64,000 nt of DNA from a virus (Duplodnaviria; Caudoviricetes). A program made the translations under genes and the position numbers. Shown one piece after another: positions 49,381 to 58,213 of this stretch. The stretch is from the IMG/VR virus record IMGVR_UViG_3300035208_001807, positions 1-64,000 of that record, one strand, 5' to 3'. The notes beneath the pieces are model-generated. The model had not been told where the DNA came from. It made no database searches and saw nothing but the letters and a program-made list of their open reading frames with translations. Positions within the stretch are counted from its first letter, which is position 1; the number at the start of each line of letters is the position of its first letter.

Positions 49381-49800
49381 TTCGAAGGCGTATTGTGGAT
49401 TTTTATCCTTTGAAGGCCGCCGCCCTTGGAATTACGGCATTTTAACCGCAGAAGAATGATGTTGAAGAGCAGTATCTTTATTAGCATGATTTCTCAGGAG
49501 TTGTAGATGGCTATCGCTCCAGATCTCCCTAGGAGTTGTAAGTGCTCGTGCGGGAAATGTCTCACTGGAGATCATTGTAATATACTTGACAATGATTGTC
49601 AGGGAGCAGATGAGCAGGAGTTGTGGGAAGACGAGATAAGGGCAGCTGCAGGGTTGTTTGACTCGAATAGTATGTTCCCAGAAACGTTGGGACCAGCAGT
49701 AGATGAAGAGCAGGGTGAAGATACCCAAGAGTAGTTGAGAGCGTAGAACCCACTCGCGAACCGGGTGAGGCCTACACATTTTTGTTCTGGAGGCTGTACA

Positions 49801-50151
49801 ATGAAGTTCAGCGGAAATCTGCGACTCGCATCAGTTGGCGAGCTGCGTCGTACGACGGTCAAGTCGACCCCTGTGGTCGAGTGCCGGTTCGCCGAGAATT
49901 CCTCTCGTTTGGTTGGAGATCAGAAGGTGGAGAAACATGAGTTCTTCACCGTCCAGGTCTACGGCAAGCGCGCGGAAAGCCTGGTGGCCAAGGGCCAGAA
50001 GGGTGCCATGTATGCCATCGAAGGCTACGTCCATCCCGAGTCCTGGGTCGAGAAGGGTACGGACAAGAAGCGCTCCACTGTGAAGTTGGTGGCGCAGTCC
50101 GTGCAGTTCTTGGCGCCGTCTAAGAAGTCCCTGACCGAGGCGAAAGCCTAG
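49801..50151 (+). CDS. Second SSB-like OB-fold protein without acidic tail
   Basis: GNL...ELR..EFFTVQVYGKRAE...KG...IEG; GGAGG RBS. Confidence 0.7.
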   Translation: MKFSGNLRLASVGELRRTTVKSTPVVECRFAENSSRLVGDQKVEKHEFFTVQVYGKRAESLVAKGQKGAMYAIEGYVHPESWVEKGTDKKRSTVKLVAQSVQFLAPSKKSLTEAKA

Positions 50152-50214
50152 TTCAGTCGCCCTGTGGGCAAAAAGGGGCCTGGTGTGCGTAGCACGCTGG
50201 GTCCCTTTTTTTGA
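50149..50214 (+). repeat. Terminator-containing direct repeat, copy 1
   Basis: GCCCTGTGGGC AAAAAGGGGCCTGG..CACGCTGGGTCCCTTTTT. Confidence 0.8.
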
Positions 50215-50259
50215 TGCCTGTCTTGGTAGTGGCTAGACCACATCTTTGAGGAGTCTCAA

Positions 50260-51309
50260 ATGAAGCAGACTGTCAAGATTTACATGCTGAACCCGCGGGC
50301 TATCTGCAGCCGGGTTATGAATAACCGCAATGAGGAAGATGCTTTTACCCGTGCATGCACAGGTGTCAAGCGGTCCACTCTCTTTGAGGCCATCAAGCGT
50401 GATGGCGAGATCAAGAAGCCTCTGACTGTTTTCAGACCTGCTGTGGCCTGCCCAAAAGGACCCTTCAAGGGGCAGTTGGCCGGCAAGATCGTCCTTATTG
50501 ATGGCCATAACCGCCTAGCTATTGCGCAGGAGCTAGGACTAGAGGAAGTCCCCGTACGGGATTACGGGAACTCGATCTCTTGGGACGATGCCCATGCGAA
50601 GGCTACTGTCCTTAACATGGTGGACGATCCCCTGCACAAGAAGTTGTCCGATACCGACTTTATCGAGGCTGTCCGTAAGTATGCCTCGATTCAGGTGGTT
50701 CCTAACCCCAGCCTTATTTCACAACGGCTAGCCGACGAGCAAGCTCAAGAAGAGGGGTTCGTTGGTGATAAGGTCAGGATCGCTGAGGTCAAGAACTCCT
50801 ACTTCACTAAGGTGAAGCAAGCGTGTGCTATCGCCGATAGCAAGGAGGCCGAGAGTCTCCTGCGTGGGCATAACATGAGCTTTAGCACAGCTGTGAAGGC
50901 AGCGATGTTTCTTCCCCGGATCGATGACCCGGCTGCTCGCGCTACTGTAGTTCGAGAGGTTCAGCGAGCCGCCAAGCGGGATGGCAAGCGGCAGATCGAG
51001 CGGAGCGTCTGGGAAAGTTTCGAGCAGCGCGTCTTGGATGCTAAAGGTGTGACTCCTAAGGCTATCTCCAGGATCGTCAAAGCCACGTTACTTGGTCCTC
51101 GTCGGCGCCTACATGGTCAGGAGTTGCGAGATATACGCAATTCTTCTCCGACTGGCAACAAGATCGTTCTGGAGCAGATTGTCTGGGTTGACAAGCCCTA
51201 CAACCAGCACGAGGAAGAGAAGTTCATTGGGCAGGTGCACTGGGCTTTTCGTTGCCAGCGTGCTGGTCGAATGCTTTCGAGATCAACGAGTTCTAAGATG
51301 GGCTCATAG
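50260..51309 (+). CDS. ParB/Srx N-terminal domain protein
   Basis: AIKRDGEIKKPLTV...LIDGHNRL..A.ELG. Confidence 0.7.
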   Translation: MKQTVKIYMLNPRAICSRVMNNRNEEDAFTRACTGVKRSTLFEAIKRDGEIKKPLTVFRPAVACPKGPFKGQLAGKIVLIDGHNRLAIAQELGLEEVPVRDYGNSISWDDAHAKATVLNMVDDPLHKKLSDTDFIEAVRKYASIQVVPNPSLISQRLADEQAQEEGFVGDKVRIAEVKNSYFTKVKQACAIADSKEAESLLRGHNMSFSTAVKAAMFLPRIDDPAARATVVREVQRAAKRDGKRQIERSVWESFEQRVLDAKGVTPKAISRIVKATLLGPRRRLHGQELRDIRNSSPTGNKIVLEQIVWVDKPYNQHEEEKFIGQVHWAFRCQRAGRMLSRSTSSKMGS

Positions 51310-51317
51310 GAGCACCT

Positions 51318-52244
51318 ATGCGTAGTCCTTCCTTTCCTATCCTTGAGCAATATCGCGCGTTCTCTTCCACGCAGCAGATCAAATTGGTTGACCGGATCGT
51401 TCAATATGACCTTCAGGGTATCCTCGGGAACCCACTGATTTATGATAGCTTGGGTACTACTAATAGGCCTATCGCGAGTTATGTCCAAGAGGTCATTAGT
51501 AGGTTGCCGCGCGAAGATCGCGCCCTCGCTTTGCAGATCGACCCTTTTGACCACTTGCCAAAGGATGCTTTTCCTGATCCTAGGGAAGTCGAGAACCACT
51601 CTAACCAGAAGAAGCAGGATCTCTATCGCTTGCCGGTGTGGGCCAAGGTTTCCAAGTACTTTGGTGGTCTCTCTGATGTGGCAATGATTTCATTGTCAGG
51701 CCCCAATATTTGTATCTGCGACAGCGATGAAGACATCCGTTTGCGACCCTTGGCAGAGTACCCCAGTTGGACTGCAGCGGGAGGTGGAGCCTACATTGGT
51801 ATCACCAATAACGCCTTAGAGCACAGCCTAAATCTTCTGGGTTTCGAGCACTCCTTACTCCCGCGTCCTATCTTTGGAGATTGGGAGACTGTGATCTCTG
51901 ATGCGTTCCTGGAGGTCATTGTTGCCGAACCTCGTGCCCTGTTTATCCACTTTGATGCTACATGTAGGATAGACAGCTTTCTTGACTCAGAGGTACTTTC
52001 TTCCACTGGGAAGTTCCTGCGCAGCGAAAGGCTGCCCTGGGTTATGGTTGTGAATACCAGCAACGCAGGCAACGAGAAGTCGACGGGGAGATACGTGCAC
52101 ACCGTCCTTTCTTCCGCAGAGGGTAAGCTTCGGTTGAAAAGGGCTGGTTTCAAGTTACTCGATCGTAGTCCAGAGCAGTTGATTACCAGCAAGACGAAGA
52201 AAATGCCTATGGCAGCAGCACTATTAGGATCTGTCGCTGCCTAG
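51318..52244 (+). CDS. Hypothetical protein, possibly degenerate Rossmann/methyltransferase fold
   Basis: ISLSG...YIGI...FGD...FIHFD pattern; weak. Confidence 0.4.
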   Translation: MRSPSFPILEQYRAFSSTQQIKLVDRIVQYDLQGILGNPLIYDSLGTTNRPIASYVQEVISRLPREDRALALQIDPFDHLPKDAFPDPREVENHSNQKKQDLYRLPVWAKVSKYFGGLSDVAMISLSGPNICICDSDEDIRLRPLAEYPSWTAAGGGAYIGITNNALEHSLNLLGFEHSLLPRPIFGDWETVISDAFLEVIVAEPRALFIHFDATCRIDSFLDSEVLSSTGKFLRSERLPWVMVVNTSNAGNEKSTGRYVHTVLSSAEGKLRLKRAGFKLLDRSPEQLITSKTKKMPMAAALLGSVAA

Positions 52245-52259
52245 AGAAAGGGGTATATC

Positions 52260-52403
52260 ATGGCGATGACATCAAAGGAACGTTCGGCCGCCGCACGCAA
52301 AGCGATTGCGACGATGCGGCGCGAGCATGGCGCAAACTACTTCTCGCGCCTGAGTAAGAAAGCTGCTCAGACACGTGTGGCGAATGAGCGCAAGTCAAGG
52401 TAG
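52260..52403 (+). CDS. 47-aa basic peptide (MAMTSKERSAAARKAIATMRREHGANYFSRL...)
   Basis: AAGGGG RBS; translated by hand. Confidence 0.5.
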   Translation: MAMTSKERSAAARKAIATMRREHGANYFSRLSKKAAQTRVANERKSR

Positions 52404-52461
52404 TTCGAGCCCTATGGGCAAAAGGGGCCTGGCGTGGATAGCACGCTGGGTCCCTTTTTGA
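52401..52461 (+). repeat. Terminator-containing direct repeat, copy 2
   Basis: Near-identical to 50149..50214. Confidence 0.8.
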
Positions 52462-52483
52462 CCTGATAAATAAGGAGTTAGTT

Positions 52484-53503
52484 ATGCCACTTGCTTCCAT
52501 TCAGAAGGTTCTTTCTCTTACCCCTATCCCTGGTGCCGATGCCATTGAGTGCGCTCATGTACTCGGCTGGGATTGTGTAGTTAAGAAGGGCGAGTTCAAA
52601 GTTGGGGACCTTGGTGTCTATATCGAGATCGATTCTATCGTTCCTGATGTCCCCCAGTTTGAGTTCCTTCGGAGCAAGCATTTCCGTGTGAAGACGATCC
52701 GTCTTCGTGGCCAGCTTTCGCAGGGCCTTTTCATGCCTCGGGCAGAAACGGCCCAGAGCCTTCCTGAGGGTTTCGACGTTACCGATCTTCTCATGGTTAA
52801 GAAGTATGAGAAGGAAATCCCTGCTGAACTGCGTGGCACTGTCAAGGGTACTCGCCCCAGCTTCATCCCTAAGACGGATGAGGAGCGCATCCAGTCTTGT
52901 AAGCATGTTCTGGATGAGATTCGCGACTTGCCTGTTTACATCACCACCAAGTGCGACGGTTCTTCCATGACCGCCTACTACAAACTGGGCGAGCCCATGT
53001 CTGAGGGCGAGTTTGGTGTTTGCTCTCGGAATATGGAGCTGAAGGAAGATGAGAACAACGCCTTCTGGAAGGTAGCCAAGGCTCTGAATCTTCCTGAGAA
53101 GATGAAGGCTTTTGGCAAGAGTATCGCCATTCAGGGCGAACTCTGTGGCCCCGGCATCCAGAAGAACCCTATGGGTTTGAGCGAACCTACTCTTTATGGG
53201 TTCAATGTGGTCTATCTGGATGGTAGTGGCTATGCTGACTTCAGTCAGATGGCTCAGATCTTTGATGAGTTGGGTGTGACTCCGGCGCCCCTGCTGACTT
53301 CGAATGTCAAGCTGAGTGACTACCTCCATAGTGAGCCAACTACTGAGAATGTAGTTGCTGCTGCTGATGGCAAGTATGCCAATGGCTCTCCACGAGAGGG
53401 TATTGTGATCCGGCCAATGAACGAGACTTACAGTCCTACGCTTAAGGGGCGTATGTCCTTCAAGGCTGTCAGCAATGTCTACCTAGAAAAGGTTGAGAAG
53501 TAA
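52484..53503 (+). CDS. RNA ligase (DRB0094/Rnl5-like)
   Basis: N-terminal OB fold (IPGADAIE..LRGQLSQGL), KCDGSS, QGELCGPGIQKN, EGIVIR, FK. Confidence 0.88.
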   Translation: MPLASIQKVLSLTPIPGADAIECAHVLGWDCVVKKGEFKVGDLGVYIEIDSIVPDVPQFEFLRSKHFRVKTIRLRGQLSQGLFMPRAETAQSLPEGFDVTDLLMVKKYEKEIPAELRGTVKGTRPSFIPKTDEERIQSCKHVLDEIRDLPVYITTKCDGSSMTAYYKLGEPMSEGEFGVCSRNMELKEDENNAFWKVAKALNLPEKMKAFGKSIAIQGELCGPGIQKNPMGLSEPTLYGFNVVYLDGSGYADFSQMAQIFDELGVTPAPLLTSNVKLSDYLHSEPTTENVVAAADGKYANGSPREGIVIRPMNETYSPTLKGRMSFKAVSNVYLEKVEK

Positions 53504-53513
53504 GGACTAGGCA

Positions 53514-53930
53514 ATGTCATTTACTGAACTTGATCCTAAGCTTATACCCAAAGACATCAATGGGCGCCTTATTGAGCCTGGGTATAAGGTAGTAAATAGG
53601 CGCTCAAGCTATTGCTCAGGCTACATAGGTGGCTATCTTCTGAAGAGAGGGAGAAGCAGAGAAACCTATGGCTGGTGGTATGTATCTCTTGATGATGTCG
53701 AAGCTGGTGTTCAACATCGTTTTCCTGGTTGGGACGATTATAGTGAGCTCTTCTATCTGGACACTAGTGTTCAGATTGTGGTTCCTGTACTCTCAAGTGC
53801 AGAAGTTGCACGGGTTGAGGATCTTAACGAAGGATTCAATATTTATGTGGGTCCTCAAGTTTGGTTGCCGAAACCAGTTCCGCCGCCTATTCGTCGCCCA
53901 AGAGCAACCCTGAATGAACTAGTTGATTAG
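53514..53930 (+). CDS. Hypothetical protein with C-terminal LNELVD
   Basis: KDINGRLIEPG N-terminus; AAGGA RBS. Confidence 0.55.
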   Translation: MSFTELDPKLIPKDINGRLIEPGYKVVNRRSSYCSGYIGGYLLKRGRSRETYGWWYVSLDDVEAGVQHRFPGWDDYSELFYLDTSVQIVVPVLSSAEVARVEDLNEGFNIYVGPQVWLPKPVPPPIRRPRATLNELVD

Positions 53931-54522
53931 GAGTAGTATGGAAACGTTCTTCACTGCGGATACTCATTTCTTCCATGAGATGTTGATCACTGGACGCGGT
54001 GGCGAGGGTTCGCCGCGGCCTATGTTCAAGACAGTTGAGGAGATGAACGAGACCATCGTTGCTGGTTGGAACTCTGTTGTTACCAAGCAGGATAGAATCT
54101 TCCACCTTGGAGACTTTGCTCTTGGTATGGCTTCCATTGCTGAGATGCAGGGCATATTCGATCGTCTGAATGGCCAGAAAATACTTATCCCTGGCAATCA
54201 TGACATGAAGAACAACAAGGTGATCAAGCATCTTCGTTGGTCTGAGATCTATGAGTGTCGTCTTCTGAAAGTTGGCGGCCGCCACATTTGGCTCTCTCAT
54301 TATCCCCATCTCTCCTGGCCAGGTTCTTGTCACGGCTCTTGGCATCTTCATGGTCATTCGCATGGGAACATCACAGGTCGTGGACATATCTTGGATGTTG
54401 GTGTAGACTGTAACAAGTTCACACCTATAGCTTTTCCCGAGGTTGCTGTTGCGATGGCTACCCGAGGTGAGAATCCCGATCAGGTTCCTGGTCGTACATT
54501 ATCTGCGGAGGATGAGCTTTGA
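53923..54522 (+). CDS. Metallophosphoesterase
   Basis: ADTHFFH, LGDF, GNHD, SHYP, HGHSH, DVGVD. Confidence 0.88.
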   Translation: MIRSSMETFFTADTHFFHEMLITGRGGEGSPRPMFKTVEEMNETIVAGWNSVVTKQDRIFHLGDFALGMASIAEMQGIFDRLNGQKILIPGNHDMKNNKVIKHLRWSEIYECRLLKVGGRHIWLSHYPHLSWPGSCHGSWHLHGHSHGNITGRGHILDVGVDCNKFTPIAFPEVAVAMATRGENPDQVPGRTLSAEDEL

Positions 54523-54950
54523 AGACGTTCCTACTTACAACATTCTTATATGTTAGCTATCTTTATATCATTGTTGCAGGCCTTTATGGCTGTGTGCATC
54601 GCCCTAATGCTGCGACTGAGCATTGGAAAGTCCAAGCTGCTCGTTATCAGCAACTGTCTTCATGTAGAGAGGCTTATTACAAGTACCTCTTCTATAAGCA
54701 CTATGTACAAGATGATGAGCGTCGGCTCGATATATTGAAGACACTGTACGGTATGAAGATCACTCTAGGCCGTACTCCAGAGGAAATGGCCAAGGAGAAT
54801 CTTACCATGCAGAATGTTCGTAGGGAGATCATTGATGACAAGGCTGCCATGCAGGAGTGGAAGAATCGTGCATGTGTCCGCTGTTATGGGATATCTGATC
54901 TTCTAAAGGCTGAGGAAGAGATTCCGAAGTGTCCCGAACTTGAGCAATAA
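54519..54950 (+). CDS. Membrane-anchored hypothetical protein
   Basis: N-terminal hydrophobic helix. Confidence 0.45.
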   Translation: MKTFLLTTFLYVSYLYIIVAGLYGCVHRPNAATEHWKVQAARYQQLSSCREAYYKYLFYKHYVQDDERRLDILKTLYGMKITLGRTPEEMAKENLTMQNVRREIIDDKAAMQEWKNRACVRCYGISDLLKAEEEIPKCPELEQ

Positions 54951-54959
54951 GGAGACAGC

Positions 54960-55556
54960 ATGACGGAGTGGGTTAAGAATTGGTTTTCCAACTTCGAACC
55001 TCTTGAGGATCCTATCATAGTTGATGGGGTTAAATGCTGGACCGTCGAAAGCTACTTCCAATCCCAGAAAGCTACTGACATCGAGACCCGTAGGCAGCTG
55101 GCAGCGTTGCCACCTGCCCTAGCTAAGAAAAGGGCTCGCTCCATTGAGCTTCGGAGTGATTGGAAGGATGTACGCGTTAGCGTAATGGAAGTTGGCCTTA
55201 GGCATAAGTTCAAACCCGGTACGCAATGGCACCAGAAGTTGTTGGCAACTGTGGGCCCCATAGTTGAGTGGAATAATTGGGGCGATGTCTTCTGGGGTGT
55301 TGATCTTAAGACAAAGCAGGGAGAGAATAATCTCGGCAAGCTTCTAATGAAGATCCGCGATGAATATGTCTCCCGTGATACTGCAAGTGCCGACATGTGT
55401 CGGCGATGTGGAGAACCAGCTAAGGACTATTACGGGCCTTATAAGCTGTGTTCTGCCTGCTTACCGGATGCTGCAAAGCTTATGCAGTTGTATGTCGAGC
55501 ACTCTTTAAGTGCCGACGATATGATTGCTGGGCGCTTTACAATTCCAGACTATTGA
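54960..55556 (+). CDS. NADAR family protein
   Basis: FSNF...TVESYFQSQK...DW...KF...WGDVFWG...NNLGKLLMKIR. Confidence 0.88.
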   Translation: MTEWVKNWFSNFEPLEDPIIVDGVKCWTVESYFQSQKATDIETRRQLAALPPALAKKRARSIELRSDWKDVRVSVMEVGLRHKFKPGTQWHQKLLATVGPIVEWNNWGDVFWGVDLKTKQGENNLGKLLMKIRDEYVSRDTASADMCRRCGEPAKDYYGPYKLCSACLPDAAKLMQLYVEHSLSADDMIAGRFTIPDY

Positions 55557-55565
55557 GGTAATATC

Positions 55566-55775
55566 ATGTTCAATTGTACAGGTTGCGGGAAGACTTCGAA
55601 GCCCACCGAGAAGATGAATCTTAGGCCGGGAGCTATGCGGCCGCAGGTTCCTCTGCACCCGACGAATTCGAAGCGGAGACGTACTCCTAACTCGTTCAAG
55701 GATATCGTCTACGAAGATAGGCTTTGCACAGCGTGTGAAATCAAAGCCCAGAAGACAGAAGCTTCTCTAGCCTAG
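55566..55775 (+). CDS. Small Zn-finger protein
   Basis: CTGC...CTAC. Confidence 0.45.
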   Translation: MFNCTGCGKTSKPTEKMNLRPGAMRPQVPLHPTNSKRRRTPNSFKDIVYEDRLCTACEIKAQKTEASLA

Positions 55776-55807
55776 GGAGAGATGGCCGAGTGGTTTAAGG
55801 CGGCGGT
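55776..55807 (+). pseudogene. 5' half of interrupted tRNA-Ser
   Basis: GGAGAGA-TG-GCCGAGTGGTTTAAGGC-G-GCGGT; pairs with 56414..56465. Confidence 0.85.
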
Positions 55808-55812
55808 AGGGC

Positions 55813-55841
55813 TTTACTTTTACTATAAACCATGCTATGAT
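55813..55841 (+). promoter_or_regulatory. Promoter of HNH cassette
   Basis: TTTACT-N17-TATGAT with extended TG. Confidence 0.6.
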
Positions 55842-55858
55842 ATCTATAGAGGTATCAT

Positions 55859-56320
55859 ATGCGAATACCAAATACTACTTGTTTAGGCTGTAGTAAATCA
55901 CTCTATCAGAGACCAAGCCAGAAAGCCTTAGGAAGGAATGTCTATTGTGATTTATGCTTTCCTACTATAGGAATGTCTCTACGCGGTGAGAGAGCTGCAG
56001 TTGCTCGTAACAGAATCTACGCAACTGCTTATATAGATAGATGGAAAGCTGGTAAAGAATCTGGGATGCGAGGTCAGACCGCAATTTCAGCGTATATTCG
56101 TAAGTATCTATTTGCTAAGTATGATAATAAGTGTTGTCGATGTAGCTGGAAAGAGAAGAATAAGACAACTGGTAAAATTCCTTTAGAGGTCAATCATAAA
56201 GATGGCAACCATAGGAATAACAAAGAAGGCAACCTTGAACTCTTGTGTCCTAATTGCCATAGTTTAACTAGTAGTTTTAGATCTCTTAATAAGGGATCTG
56301 GAAGGCCAAGAAAGTTCTAA
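55859..56320 (+). CDS. HNH endonuclease
   Basis: CCRC..LEVNHKDGNHRNNKEGNLELLCPNCHS; AT-rich. Confidence 0.88.
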   Translation: MRIPNTTCLGCSKSLYQRPSQKALGRNVYCDLCFPTIGMSLRGERAAVARNRIYATAYIDRWKAGKESGMRGQTAISAYIRKYLFAKYDNKCCRCSWKEKNKTTGKIPLEVNHKDGNHRNNKEGNLELLCPNCHSLTSSFRSLNKGSGRPRKF

Positions 56321-56323
56321 CTC

Positions 56324-56413
56324 GGAAGGGTGGCAGAGTGGCCTAATGCACCTGACTTGAAATCAGGAGGGCCCGTAAGGGCTCCGTGGGTTCAAATCCC
56401 ACTCCTTCCTCCA
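56324..56413 (+). tRNA. tRNA-Ser(TGA)
   Basis: Full cloverleaf, CCTGA-CTTGAAA-TCAGG, long variable arm, CCA. Confidence 0.9.
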
Positions 56414-56465
<52 letters not shown>

Positions 56466-56501
56466 TGCAGGTCGTGTACTATTCGCGCTGGAGGCTGTTC
56501 C

Positions 56502-57143
56502 GTGATACTCAAAGACCTTTTGGTTAAGGCTCATGTTCTCAAGGCTAGTGCCGAGGGGACTCCCGCTGAAGAAGTGGAGACCAATGATGCCACTCCTAGG
56601 CCTACTCCTAAGGCCAAAGGTCGTACCGTTACCAAGACGACTGTTGTCGAGACAGCTGCTCCCGACTCCTCATCAGCTGAGATCAGGAAGTTGCTTTATA
56701 CTGCCCTGAAGAAGGCTGCTGCTGGTAGCAATGAGTTCGACTACTTCAAGTTCAAAGAAGTCCTTTCCAAGCTCTCCTCGCATATCAAGGACGAAGCTGC
56801 TCTTTATGCTGCAGCCGGCGCTACCGCTTCTTCGATGAAGGTTAGTGCTGAGGACTTGATTGCTAGTGCGAAGGAGTATCAGAGCATTCTGACCGATGAG
56901 CGTAAAGCTTTTGAGGCCAGTATCGAAGATACTCGTTCTGAGACCACGCAGAAGCAGGCAGAGCTTAAGGCAATAACTAGCCAGATAGCCAAGCTGGAGT
57001 CTCAGAAGGCTTCTCTGGAATCTGCAGTGGACGAGAACACTCAGCAATTAGATGCTGGTGTTAAGGCTTTTGAAGTTGCCCATGAAGAGCTTAATGGCGA
57101 GATCAAAGATGCTATTGCCAAGATCAAGAAGTACATCAGTTAA
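56502..57143 (+). CDS. Coiled-coil protein, first gene of ABC module
   Basis: GGAGG RBS; FDYFKFK then heptad repeats. Confidence 0.55.
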   Translation: MILKDLLVKAHVLKASAEGTPAEEVETNDATPRPTPKAKGRTVTKTTVVETAAPDSSSAEIRKLLYTALKKAAAGSNEFDYFKFKEVLSKLSSHIKDEAALYAAAGATASSMKVSAEDLIASAKEYQSILTDERKAFEASIEDTRSETTQKQAELKAITSQIAKLESQKASLESAVDENTQQLDAGVKAFEVAHEELNGEIKDAIAKIKKYIS

Positions 57144-57163
57144 GAAAGGTAGGTAGTTCTACA

Positions 57164-58186
57164 ATGGAGACACCCTCCAATCCTTTGGGGAAGGCTCGTT
57201 CGTTCTGGGCGAAGCCAGAAGGCACAACCGGGATGCTCGTGGCTTTGGGCCTGGGCGCCGCTGGCCTTCTAAGTCTTAACAAGATCCTCCCACTCCTTAT
57301 CTCAGCTCTTGAGAATACCCTGCATGCCACTATCCTTGGTGTTGGCTTAGCAGCGGTTCTCTGGGTGCTGTTTGATAAGCGGTTCCGGACGCTGGCTTGG
57401 TATGGTTACCAAAGCCTTATGCGCTGGATTACCAGCTGGTTCGTGACGGTTGACCCAATCGGGATCGTCAAGAACTACATTCTTGAGATGAAGAGAAATC
57501 TTGAGAAGATGCAGAACCAGATCGGGAACCTTCGTGGTCAGATTACGAGTCTTGCTCGTACTATCACTACGAATGAGGCGAAGATCGACCAGTGTATGAA
57601 GCTGGCGAAGGAAGCCGAGAAACAGAATAAGGTCCCCGAGCAGATGTTAAATACTCGTCAGGCGGGTCGTCTGGATGAGTCTAACAAGCGTATCGAGACC
57701 CTTCGTGTGAAGCTGGAGGTCCTGTATCGCGTTCTCCGTAAGATGTCGGAGACTGCGGATGTGGTTATCCAAGACACCGAAGCGGAGGTCGAGTGCAAGG
57801 AAGACGAGTGGAAAGCTATCACTGCTGGTAACGCTGCTATGCGTTCGGCGATGGCCATCATGCGTGGCGATGTGGACAAGAAGGCTCTCTTCGAACAGTC
57901 AATGGAGTTCCTCGTTACCGACATTTGCAATAAGGTCGGCGAGATGGACAACTTCATGGACATGAGCCAGAAGATCACCAGTCAGATCGACCTGGAGAAC
58001 GGCGTGTTCGAGCAAGAAGGCTTGAAGATGTTGGAGCAGTGGGAGCAGAAGGCTGATTCGGGGGCGTTGCTGAAGCCCTCCGATAAGAAGCGCATTCTGC
58101 GAGAAGCAGCTGACCCGAGCGCGGACATCGAGTCCTTGCCGGAAGTGAAGGTAAGTTCTTACAAGAACGTCCTTCGCAGGAAGTAA
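57164..58186 (+). CDS. Membrane-anchored coiled-coil protein, PspA/IM30-like
   Basis: Two TMs, DPIGIVKNYI, then long coiled coil. Confidence 0.5.
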   Translation: METPSNPLGKARSFWAKPEGTTGMLVALGLGAAGLLSLNKILPLLISALENTLHATILGVGLAAVLWVLFDKRFRTLAWYGYQSLMRWITSWFVTVDPIGIVKNYILEMKRNLEKMQNQIGNLRGQITSLARTITTNEAKIDQCMKLAKEAEKQNKVPEQMLNTRQAGRLDESNKRIETLRVKLEVLYRVLRKMSETADVVIQDTEAEVECKEDEWKAITAGNAAMRSAMAIMRGDVDKKALFEQSMEFLVTDICNKVGEMDNFMDMSQKITSQIDLENGVFEQEGLKMLEQWEQKADSGALLKPSDKKRILREAADPSADIESLPEVKVSSYKNVLRRK

Positions 58187-58213
58187 CAGCAAACTCAGTT
58201 AAGGAGCTGTCAG

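Noticed and set aside
55808-56413. Group I intron in tRNA-Ser
   Set aside because: No room for a ribozyme core, the insert does not end in G, and joined halves would lack an anticodon.
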